A stretch of DNA of 58,385 nt, counting the filler, from Sphacelaria rigidula (taxonomy: Eukaryota): NCBI GenBank assembly GCA_964200075.2. It is 9 parts of 9 records of this genome, joined end to end, with 100 filler letters (N's around TTAATTAATTAA, not from the genome) between each part and the next. Parts side by side here need not be neighbours in the genome. Positions count along the whole stretch, not along the records: positions 6,500 to 12,898 come from CAXNAA020020317.1; positions 12,999 to 19,397 come from CAXNAA020020318.1; positions 19,498 to 25,895 come from CAXNAA020020319.1; 6 more parts are not named here. The stretch is one strand, 5' to 3'. The position numbers were made by a program, and so were the translations under genes. A model generated the notes under the pieces. That model was not told the DNA's origin and did no database searches. It saw only the letters and a program-made list of their open reading frames with translations. Positions 11,216 to 22,390 of this stretch are shown here, piece by piece; position 1 is the first letter of the stretch; every line of letters begins with the position of its first letter.

Positions 11216-13497
11216 GTATACTGTATATTTTTTGTAGCTCCACTTCTAACCCGTTTGAGAGCCAGGCTTACTTCTTCCGAACAAGAACGCCGACTGATAC
11301 CTTGGGATGGTAACCTCAGCGTGGTAACCTCGACGCTATTGCTGAGTAGTTGTCCTCTTCTCGTTTGCACGGGCACCATCCCTGATGAAAACGCATGCCG
11401 TGTATTTTGTGGCCTCTAAGCCCTGGCTCGGGTATCCCGATTCACTGAGGACTAGCTTCCACGCCTGGTTAGTCTAACTGATGTACCAACCGTCAGTCAC
11501 GGCGGAGAGTTGCGAGTTCGAATCCACAAAGATATGGCTCTTCCAGACTGAATATAGTTTCAGCCGATGAGGAAGCGTGAGGACGCGAGTCATTTGTTTG
11601 ATTGTCGCGCAGTCACTCATCCCGCAGGGATCCAGCCGTGGTCACATGATTCTGGTAGCAAAGAATAATCGACGAGCGGGGTCGATGCTGGGGGGGAAGG
11701 AGTATTAGTTACGGGATAAATGAGATGGTTGATCCCTTTGAGGCTTCGGACTCGTCCAAGGGAAGGAGAAGGGTTGAAAAATCTGACGTAAAAAAAGAAG
11801 AATATTACACAAGTCGGTTTTTTGTTCCGAAATGTGTAAAACGGTCGATTTGGGCTTGGACTTGTTTCATCTGAGGTCCAAGGGTTTCAGTGGAAGTGTA
11901 GATTGAGACGTACAGACTACAGACGAGTAGTGTTCGCGAAATCATATCTTCATTTGTCGACGGTCTGTTTTTGTGAAACGTGATGTCCTTCACCGACACT
12001 CGTGGTGGTTTTTCCCTTCCATTTGGGAGTGTCCACAATTCATCATGCACAAATATGAGTTACTTATTTTTCCTGAACTCCTTATGAAGTGATGCCAATC
12101 GACACTGGAAAAGATGTGTATATGTTGAAGAAATTCCTCCCTGAGATCTTGCGCGAGATTTGAAGACCTTTGCAACATACAGATGTATGGTATTCAGTGT
12201 CAGTTAGCGTTAGCTCACAGATATTAGCTATGTACGAGAAATAGAGAAGTGGCAAATGAATATGGTTTCAATAACACCCTCGTGTATCGATGTGTGTTTC
12301 TGCGCACGATTCTCCATGGTTTTCAGAAGGCGTGCTCGGTGTCTCCCTGCTCCCCCCTCATCTTCCCTTTCAAGGGTTGTCGTCGGTTTGCAACGACGCT
12401 GTAAAACGCACCACTCATTGCATAAGCAAAGCAACCAGAATACCTGGGTTTTTTTTTTCTTGTGTTTCCTCTTGCGGTAACCATGATGGTGGTTGATCTA
12501 GATCATATTGTGTGGGGTAGTAGAACCTCACTTTCGCGCACAGCGGATGATCATACTATGTAGTGTTCAACCCTTAGACAGCGAGCGTCGCCTCCGAACA
12601 GTTTCATAGGCTGGCAGTCCGGAGACATTCAGGGGTTTCCAGTGGTCGGAGGGTGTGGTTTTTGAGGTGGCGGGGGGGGGGGGTCTGTCCGCAAAAGAGC
12701 CAAAAATATCACCAAGTCAACCATGTGTGTTAGGAAGTTTCCCGTGGAAAATGATGAGCCGTGCACGAGGCCCGAGAGGCGCGGGATGCCCATTTGACCG
12801 ATCACGGTCGTCAAAATGAGCACGTTCTTCCGGCTCGGATAGACAAGTCATCCTACAATAGGGGGGGGGGGGATTTTTGGGCCATTGTTTCTCGGAAANN
12901 NNNNNNNNNNNNNNNNNNNNNNNNNNNNNNNNNNNNNNNNNNTTAATTAATTAANNNNNNNNNNNNNNNNNNNNNNNNNNNNNNNNNNNNNNNNNNNNGC
13001 TCTTCAAAGATATGCTCTACAGAACCTGCGCACCGGAGACTGAAAAACGCTAATAGTCTACCCAAATTTGGGTGCACAGGGTACGATTCTTCAAACTACC
13101 TAGATGTGGTAAATGCCTAACCCAAGACACCCTTGGGGAACTGCCCAGAGCCTAGATTTGGACGAAGCGCCCAGACTGCGCGTCTCATGTATGTCACGAC
13201 AATGTGTTGTCCCATGTTTACGCCTCCGCCGTGTGGGCATTTGACGTTTTTGATCCCTGATGTGTAAATGCTGCCTGCGTTATGCAATTTTTTCGAGCTT
13301 CCGCTTGACAAGCCACTTCCATTCTACCCGTGCCCATGAATTCTCGAGTCATCACGTGTAAAAAAAGTCACCGGCCGCGGGCGAATTGACATCTTGAGCG
13401 TGCTAATTGCGAAGTTTGGAAAATGCAAAATCGAGAGAGAGGAAGAAGTACATGAAAGTTCCCTTGATGTCGGCTCCCAATCGAACAAACAACACAG

Positions 13498-16400
13498 ACG
13501 AGAAGTCGAGACAGCTTGGATCGGTTGTGGGCGAGCTGTTGAAACATGTAGAAGAAACTCTGGAGGATGACGTGGCCAGGGGAGCGTACAGCCAGTCTTA
13601 CACGCAGATACTGTGCAGGATCCTGGAGGTGAGTGAGTACAGTATACGTTCTGTTGCAATGTACGCTTCTTCGTAGAATGTAGTGTGTTTGCGCTGTATG
13701 TGTGATACACGAGCTGTTCGACGTTCTCTGCTCCTGTTGCAGCACACTAGGCAGCACAGGTATCGCCACCACCTGAGAACCTCTCATTTGGCGTGCGGCC
13801 CGAGTTCTTATTTTCTCTGTGGGCTACCAACGACCACTATTTCAGGTTTTAGTTAGTGTGGTGCGGTTCTTATTCAGGCGTCACAACTTGTGCTCGAGTT
13901 CTTACATTTTGAGATTTTGAGGCTCAAGTTCTCAACTGTCGGTTGTTTTATAGTGATGGCGCCATAACTGTATGCTGAGGTCCGAAAAATGCCCCGCGAT
14001 GCGATTGGTAGGTGAGTGCTGTGCTGTGCTCCATGACGGACGTTTTGTGGCGGTCGAGATGTGTTCGGAAACTGCGTGGCTCCTTCAGAAAATGCACCTG
14101 GCTTCCGTCAGCCGTTGTCAAGGAAAGCAAAGGGATTTCTGCGTTTTTTTTCATCGCCGTAAATTCAGTGAAGTAAATAAGAAAACACCCCAAGACCTTC
14201 TTCTCCCCTTTCCCCTTCTCCGTTCACCTCCTCGTCCCCGTCTTGATCCTCGTACCCGAAGTGCCTGGACATCTTCACGCATTTCGCCTGAACATCTACA
14301 CGTATTTTTTTTCATTCGTCAAAAAGAGCATCGACCCGCCTTCATTTGTTGTTTTTGTTGACGTTGTTGTTGTTGTTGTTGTTGTTGTTGACTGGTTACT
14401 GAAATCCCAAATCAGGAACCGGAGTACTGCGAGCAGATATCGAAACCGCTGTTCGAAAGCACGATGCATATGCTGCTGAGGGTGTTGGAGCAGAGCCAAG
14501 GTAGCTGGGATACTCGAGAGCACCGGCGCGTGGCGCCCTACGCGCGCGCTCTTCAACTTCTGCTCAGCGGCTACGGCAAAGACATCCATGAGGTTTGTCC
14601 TCGTGTTTGTTTGTTGTTCGTGTTTTATTCTAGATCTTTTAGTGGCTCAGCCACCGCGCCCCCATGGTCTTAATTGAAATGGTACGTCTTTGAAACCGGT
14701 TAAGGCGGAGTCGATGGTGCGAGTTCCGGTGGGAATATACATAAATACCTGAATTGCGCGGGTCCTCAACCGTGTCTGATCTCTTTTTCGATTTTCTTGT
14801 TGAAATCTTCGGTGTTTTTCGAGTTTTTTTCTTTTCTTTTTCCAGTCGGTGCTTGAACCATGCGGCCGAACGACCGAAAAAAATCAGTCGACCCCAAAAT
14901 GGCCGTATTTCACGCCTTTCCCCACGGGACTGCATGACTATCGCAATCTCTGCCGCCATTGCGTAGCGGCCACCAACCGATATCTCGGCGCCCCGTTTGC
15001 GAGGTGGGGGTGTGCTGGAGGGCGAGTCCATCGCTAGAATGGTGTAGTGGGCAGATAGGGTACAGAAATTGGACTCTTTTGAGAACATTTCGAGAATTCT
15101 CAAAAACATTATCAAAAATATCCCCAGTAGGGTATATTTGAACCCATTTTAGGAAAAGAAATAGAACCCCCGCTTTTTTCATTTCTCTAGCTTCTTCTCG
15201 TTTTATCTTTCTAACGAACCCAACTATACTATTCTCACTAACACGGTTGTACGCAGACAACGTATTGCCCGTAGTTACCCCCAACTTATGGGACAGAGGA
15301 AGTAGTATATACATTTATTATTTCCCAAGGAGTGGAAATCTGATATCCATTCTTGAAAACCTTAGGGCGTCAGCTGGCAAAAAAAACATTGACGAAAAGT
15401 CGACACAGTGCGTGCGGCACGGGAGCGTTAGTCATGATCCAATCTCTCCGTGACACCAACATGTCAGGCACGAACGGTACCGAGGGAGAGATGGGTTCGA
15501 TGCCCTCGAGACCATGAACTCATCGCCCGAGGAAGGGGAAGGGGAGGGGGTACAACAAGTTTGATGAGAGAGAGAGAGAAGGAGAGAGATCTATTACTGC
15601 ATTTTCGAGGTGTGCTTTCGATGTCGTATGAGATACCGGACGTTAATGAATCGTTGAACAAGTATTGCACTGTCTGTTCTATTAATAGGAAGGTTGTGGT
15701 ATAACGTGGACTGGCTAATCGTAGACTTGGATCGCATGGGTCCGGATGCGAACCGGACTGGACCCAGCCATGAGTCGAACCGGACCAAACCGGACTGGAT
15801 CGCACCGCACCGCACCGCACCGCGTCTCTGGCCGATGCAATACATACAATATTATTATTTTTTCTTGTCGCTTTTTTTTTCTTTTCCCATTTTTTCTCGT
15901 CCCATTTTGTCGTGACAGTACTTGGATCCGCTCATAGGCTTCTTCTCGCAGTGGTGCGGCAGCCTGAAAGATGCCGGGAGCAACCGGGGTACTAGCTCTC
16001 TTGTAGGGCTATCTTCGATCTTTGAGGCTTTCAAGACGCTGCTGCAGCTGTACGGCACGGCCTGCGCGCCCATGCTACGCAAAGACGGCGGGTCCGTGCT
16101 CGACTTCATCCTGAGAACGCTCAAGGAGGCGCAGGTCTGTTCTGCTACACGCAGCAGAAGACGATCATCGCCGTAAATATATGTGTACATGTAAATAGAT
16201 CGATAGATGGCTAGATAGGTAGTATATGGATATATGGATATTCATCATATTCCGAGTGCCTTGTCGACAGCTATTTTTTTTCAGTTATCGAATTCATCTT
16301 GACTACAAGAAGTTTATTTCCGTTTTTCGATTCGATTGACTGATTGGTTCGAAGACTCAAATTGGAAGCCCGACGACAGCACCGTCTGCTAAAAACCGAC

Positions 16401-16951
16401 GTGTGGACAGATGCCGTTCTCCCGCATAGCGCTCATCTCTCCCATGCTTTTACCACCACTTTCCTGCGCGGCTGCTGGCCCCCGTCGACTATCATCCCAT
16501 CGTTATCACAGCGCGCGCAGCGGGAGTATATCCTGGAGTACCTCCGTTTGCATCTGCGCATAGCTGGGGCCAGCCGGGACGGGTGTGTCGAGGGGGATCG
16601 TGACCCCATTTTTGACAAGATTCCGAATCTCTACCGGTGGGTGAGGGTCGCGAGAGGGGTGTGTAGTAAAAAAAAGACCGGATGTCAAGGAATTTGAGGC
16701 ATCCGGTCCGAATAATAGCCGGTAGCCCTTTTGTTTGGAGTATTACCTAAGAATGAAGTAGTGACGGTACTGGAGAGGTGAGCTTACGTCTCTGGCCACG
16801 GGTTCAAGAGATCTGGCTAATGTGCAGACATGATTATTGCAATGATGACAATATGAGTTGTATTGATAGTGATGTAATAATAGTAATAATAATGATAGTG
16901 GCGATGATGATAATGATAGTGATGACGAGGAGGAGGAGGAGGAGGATGATG

Positions 16952-16984
<33 letters not shown>

Positions 16985-17009
16985 GTGATGATTGATACCA
17001 CTACCACCT

Positions 17010-17072
<63 letters not shown>

Positions 17073-17585
17073 ACAACCCTTGGATAACTGCGAAGCTTTT
17101 GGAGACAGCTCATTTCAGGGGTATCCGTACGGTTGAGAAATTAGTTATGAAGATGTTTTTGCGTTCGTATTATGGGGCTTTAATGGCCTACTATCATTAG
17201 AAGGCAGGCCCTCTCGTTGTTTGTGTCGGTCTGGATGTATATCGAAATACGGGCGGTGACGAAATAGTGTCTCCTCGTTCGTGTTACGATGATATTCTTT
17301 TTCTGTATTTTTATACTAGAGTTACGGTTAGAGTTAGAGTTAGGGTTTAGTGTTAGGGTTAGATAACATTTACCCTAATTATCAGATTTTCCATCTTTCA
17401 AGAAAGAGTAAGATCCCTAACAGTCATGGGTGGCTTTTTCGGGAAAGGATAATGCAACCGATACAAAACTACAGTCTAATTCGACTTTCAGCGTGGAAAC
17501 CTGAGGATGGAGTAAATGTTTCGTGTGCGCGTGTTTTGCGATGATAAGTAGGTATCTTGGATTAATTCATCGTCTTCTCTGTCGA

Positions 17586-17625
<40 letters not shown>

Positions 17626-17651
17626 ACCGCCGGCGTCCCCCCCCCCCTTCT

Positions 17652-17686
<35 letters not shown>

Positions 17687-18474
17687 AGGCTTCTCGCGAA
17701 CGAGCAACAGATCGCTGAGGCGATTGGGTCCGCGGCACTGTTTCGCGTCGGTGGTGGTGGCGGGCAGCGGCGGGTGGGAGGGGGCGGCACCGGGCTGTGG
17801 CTCGCGCTGGAGCGCCGCGGCCGCATGCATCTCCTTCTGTGCGCTGACTTGATACGATTTTACAGACAAGATTATACTGATGGTATCTCGGCAAGAAATG
17901 CTGGCGGTGGAGGCGGCACCGGCTGCGGTGACGGCTATTCGCAGCGACAGGAAAAGAAAGAAGATACTGCGGGGGAAGGGGAGGTGGGTGAAGGCGCCGA
18001 CAAGAACGACGGCATGGATAATGACGGCAACGACGACGCCAACGGTAGTAGCAACGATGTGGGCAGTGGACGAGGGAAGGCGGCGGAAAATCCCGGCAGC
18101 TGGTTGAAGCGTTCGAGTGGTGGCGGTGGTTGTGGCGGTGGTAGTAGTGGCACTGAAAAATATGGGAAACCGAATAAAAAACGTTCTCGGCAGCAACTTG
18201 TGGGAGAACAGCCTGGAGGGAGCTCCCAGATCCTGGACCTTACCGCGGGGGAAGGAGGACGAGGAAGCCAACGGCGGGGGCGGGGGGCGCATAGCGGAGG
18301 CGGCGATGTAGGGCGAGGTAGAGTCGGGGTAAGCAGTGAGAAGAGGAAAAAGGCTCGCGCCACGGATCCTTGGGAAGATATCCTGGGGGCACTTCACGCG
18401 GTCGCGCCGGTTCCCCTCGGCCCCCTCGGCGATGGACGCACGCCGTCGAGTGTCTCTGTTGATAGGGGTGGCAG
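13498..18474 (+). CDS. ATM: ATM-like serine/threonine kinase, N-terminal helical region (internal exons only)
   Basis: Exons 13498-13628, 14416-14592, 15919-16134, 16512-16636 and 17689-18474 are GT-AG and phase-consistent. The product aligns in order with remembered human ATM residues ~110-400: ELLKHVEETLEDDVARGAYSQSYTQILCRILEEPEYCEQIS vs [42 protein letters not shown]; GFFSQ vs DFFSK; REYILEYLRLHLRI vs KEVIIELFQLQIYI; NLYRLLANE vs NLYDLLVNE; EKRKKARATDPWEDI vs CKRKKIELGWEVI. The kinase domain is not in this fragment. Confidence 0.72.
14745..15304. mobile_element. Related MITE-like element in ATM intron
   Basis: Ends cttatgggacagaggaagTA, the reverse complement of TActtcctctgtcccataag. Shares gcgggtcctcaaccgtg and cgagaattctca..aacattatcaaaaatat with 29974-32280. 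Confidence 0.55.
16828..17076. repeat. Compound microsatellite (GAT/GAG)n then (TAC)n. Other SSRs: (GTT)n 14363-14390, (GT)n 25295-25358, (AAAAC)n 51705-51742, (CA)n 57582-57617
   Basis: Directly visible. Confidence 0.95.
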
Positions 18475-18904
18475 GTGAGTGAGGCTTCCGGACGGGGCAG
18501 GGGGCGAGGGGTAGCGGGGTAACGAGGTTCGGGGAGCGAGAAAAGGGTGGAGTCAGCTCGGGAGAGGGTCTTTTTCAGTGAAGGGTAGCGGTTTTTTGCC
18601 AGGTTGGCCTGGCCGTCGCGTGACAGATAGGTTGTTTTGCTGCCCTGAAGCGACACGGTTGGAGGATGCCTTGTGAGCGACGCAGTGGTGTATTTGGCTG
18701 TGAAAGGTTTGGGGGAGTGGGGGGTGAGGGGGAGTGAAAGTTACTTCTCGGAGGTTTGAGTCAGGTGTTGTGTGGTATACCGAGGATTTGAGTTGGTCGG
18801 CATTTATTGTTGCTTTTTTTTTTTCTGGTGGTCATTCGGAGCTGCACGACGCATCTGTGTATATTCCCCGTAGGTTCGATTTGTACTCACCATGTGTATA
18901 AACT

Positions 18905-19070
18905 GGGGAGGGGTGGGGGCATACTCATTTGTTGATTGCCTGAGTCGTTTGACCATTGATCACGCACCCTTTTCGAGACGGAGCACCGTTCCTTTTCCTA
19001 ATAGAGACACCTCCAACATTTCGGTGCTCATTACGTTTCTTCCATACATTACACGAAATCCATTCACATG
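18905..19070 (-). mobile_element. LINE 3'-end fragment; further copies ~19530-19606 (+), 20155-20240 (+), 20250-20452 (+), 25996-26042 (+), 51400-51441 (-)
   Basis: Shared ACTCATTTG.TG.TTGCCT.AGTCGTTTGACC.TTGACCACGCA.CCCTTTCGAGA.GGAGCACCG sequence. Confidence 0.85.
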
Positions 19071-19732
19071 TCTGTATCGTATGCACTGGGGCAACAACCG
19101 AAAGGCGTGCGGAAACCTTGCAGCCGTCGAGAGTGCCGCTGGTGCAGTTAGTTGCGCAAAACACAGCTACCGTCAACAATGTGCATCGACTCAGCAGCAA
19201 GCTTTAGAAACCCGAAAATAACGATCTGTCTCTTCTTATTTTTTATTCTGGTAATGTGTCTGGTAAGGAATAGCCCACGTCTGTGACCACGGGTTCGCGA
19301 GATCGGACTAATGTGCGGAAATAATAATAAATAATAATAATTTGTTTCAAGCACTCCACTGCCGCCTCCTTGGGTCCAGAGTTTTTTTTTTTTTCTTNNN
19401 NNNNNNNNNNNNNNNNNNNNNNNNNNNNNNNNNNNNNNNNNTTAATTAATTAANNNNNNNNNNNNNNNNNNNNNNNNNNNNNNNNNNNNNNNNNNNNCCC
19501 CCCCCCCTTCCCCCCCTAATCTCCGGCTTCCTCCATCTCGAAAGGGACGCGTGGTCAACGGTCAAACGATCAAGGTGAGTAACAAGTGAGCACCCCCCCC
19601 CCCCCCTGATCTCTGGCCGTGTTAGTATTGCCGTGTATATATATATACTGGTAGCCAGTATATGGGATTTCTACAGCAGAGACTACTGGGAAATCCTGGT
19701 TTTGCCCAATTGATATATGAACGAGCCTGGTC

Positions 19733-19850
19733 GGGCGAAAACCCGGCGTGCTCTGTCCCGGCTTTGCAGGGATGCGAGGCCAGTGGTCATGTGACTATGG
19801 CATGCAAGATAATGAGTACACCCCCCTTCCCTGCCCCCTGCCCCCCCTCG
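19733..19850 (+). mobile_element. Short retroposon 3'-end family B; copies ~6517-6616, ~42586-42692, ~45553-45660
   Basis: ggcgaaaa(c/t)ccggcg(c/t)gctccgtc...gatgcgaggtcaa(t/c)ggtc...ga(c/t)tatg(g/a)catgcaagat.atgagtacaccccc occurs in four different fragments. Confidence 0.85.
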
Positions 19851-22264
19851 CACCATGATGACCTGCAGGTACTGGTGGTTGATCACAAGGGAAGCTCCAG
19901 GGCGGTGGCCATAGGACGTCTCAAGGTCGAAACACGTCCGATGATTATGCTGGAGTTCGAAAGTGAGGACGCGTCTGCATTCATCGGAATCGAGCTGCAT
20001 GTGACACAGTTCAACACCCGTACACTAAACACCGCTCCCCCTCCCCCCTGGATGATACCTCTGAGTGATGACTTTTCGGTGCGGGGACGTTCGCATCATA
20101 CCGATACCCTGAAGACAGTGCTGTACCGCGGTGGGTTACATATCACCCCCCAACATAGATGCTCCGTCTCGAAAGGGATGCGTGGTCAACGGTCAAACGA
20201 CTAAGGCAAGCACCAAATGAGTACCCCCCCCCTCCCCCGCTCCGATATAGGCGGCGAAAATAGGACGGGGATAAGATATGTAAAAGGTTTTTGTGTAACG
20301 TATGGAAGAAACGAAATGAGCACCCAAATGTTGGAGGTGTCTCTATCAGGAGTAGGAACGGTGCTCCATCTCGAAAAGTATGCGTGGTCAATGGTCAAAC
20401 GACTAAGGCAAGCAAAAAGTGAGTACGCCCGCCCCTCCCCCCCCTCCCCTCCGAGTATAACGTCCGTGGGTGATGAATTTTTCGGCGTACTCTGTTCGAT
20501 ACTATCTGACACCAGCAGATGAATAGTGATACGGCCTCTTCAAGACGATGTGTCGTTCGCGCCTCTCAAGAGCGTGTAGCGGTCTCCCTTATCAAACTTG
20601 TTTTTTTTCATTTTTCATGTATCTTCTAGCCCTCTCTTGTCGATCACCGTACTCGGTCTGCAACAGGTTTCTCAATACTCCTGCTGGACACTCGATGGAT
20701 GAAACCTGGCCTAGTTGAGTAGGACACCAGGTCGATCTTGCGAGAACATCGTATTTATCAAAGTCTTGAACCACTGTTCTAGAAACACCTTCTGGAAACC
20801 TTCCAGGGAACACTCGGAAACTTCCCTCAAAATATTCCTTAGCTACTGTTCTGGAACCTCCGTCTGGAAATTTCTCAGAAAACACGAGGGAACCACTCTC
20901 AGGATATGCCGCGGCTACATGTGAATCTATCAAAGTCGCTACAATGGATGAAAAATACCACTTTTGCTCTCGGAACGTCGCCTTTCGTTTTCTATTATTT
21001 TCGGGAGATGGAAGGTGGAATCTTCGTGTTCGAAACCCAAGCACATAGATCTTACTCCCTTATTTCGAAAAAAAACGAAATGCTGGACGACGATGAAGGC
21101 CTGTGAATGGTCGACTATTATACAATTCCTCACCCTTCCCGTCCCATGACGTACTTGTACGTTGTCGATATACCACAGTAGTGTAAACTCAGTCAGCAAT
21201 TATCTTTCGCGGCCGATGTACCGTGTAGAGAACCTTACCCGGACATACTTACTAAGGCGTACCGTCAGGCGGGGTCTTATCAGAAGTGATTATCACTTTT
21301 CAAGAAATCAGTTTTGTGAAAAACGACCGATGATTGGTTGCTGCGATACCACCCCCTCCAAAAAGGGCCAAAAAATAACTTTTGTAAAAGTGATTTTGTG
21401 ACACCTCGAACGGGAACATACAACATCCCGTTGACAGGTGCATAACCGAAGTCTTGACAGACAAGTCAACACAATCAAACGTAAACCTAAGGGTTGCATC
21501 ACCCTCTCAAACCAAAACACACCGTTCCATTCATTGCTGCTCATCAGCTGAGCACGCTGTGCGTGACCTTGTTCAAATCGGTTCAGAATTCAATGAGAAA
21601 TGATGATTTGCGTGAGACGCGCGCACAACACACGCTCAAAAACAGTCAGCAACAGCACGTTTTCGGTTGCTAGTTGACACGCACGCTGCCGCCTTTCATC
21701 TAATACTGGACGGATTTCCGTCAAGCAAAGGCTATCGTGTGTAGATGATTAAGGGCTAGCGCTTGAGCTAATGCGCGTGAGTGGTGAATATCTATCCGTC
21801 TGTATTCGTGGCTAGGTGTGTCGGCGCTATGTTACCTCTTTGCGTCTTGTCCGCAGCAGTACAGACATTTTGGACTAACGGCCACTTCCAGAACCGCGGC
21901 ATTTTTTACCTGTGCGCAGATCTGGGCTTCGATCCGAACAAAACTGCCTGTCGATAAGACACAGCACTGGTGGGGGCAATCACTTCTCCAAAAGTGATTT
22001 TGAAAATTGATAATCATTTCTGATAAGACGCCGCCTCAGGGGGGAGTAATATATATATATATATATATATTTACAACTAGGTACGAGTGTGGTTATGCAT
22101 GCGCAAGACCTTTTCCATTAAAGCCATGTCGCGGAGGCCGGTCATTTTTCATTTTTCATTTTTCATTTTTTTTTATTTCTTTTTTATATTATTATTTTTA
22201 ATTATTTTCTTTTCTTAATCTACTCTGTTGTTCTGTTCTACCTTTTCTGTTTCTTCTTTTCCTT

Positions 22265-22390
22265 GAGCGAGTGTTTCCGATTTGGTCTGTCTCGGGTAAG
22301 TCTATCATGTGACCACGGCTTGACCTACGGGATATCACTTAAAGTGCGATAATCAAGTAATCAATCCATCAATCGACCAATCAAATCAAA
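22265..22390 (+). mobile_element. Short retroposon 3' end with (CAAT)n tail; copies ~35635-35742 (+), ~27310-27410 (-), ~11590-11652 (-)
   Basis: gggtaagtctatcatg(t/a)gaccacggct(t/g)gacc...ttaaagtgcga(t/c)aat followed by caat repeats. Confidence 0.8.

Noticed and set aside
11455..11535. tRNA gene (GAGTTCGAATCC B box)
   Set aside because: No convincing cloverleaf or acceptor stem. More likely a decayed SINE head.
16778..17200. Poly-Met/Thr/His ORFs
   Set aside because: Translations of trinucleotide microsatellites.
17567..18397. Long minus-strand Gly/Pro-rich ORFs
   Set aside because: Antisense shadows of the GC-rich ATM-like exon and the poly-C tract.
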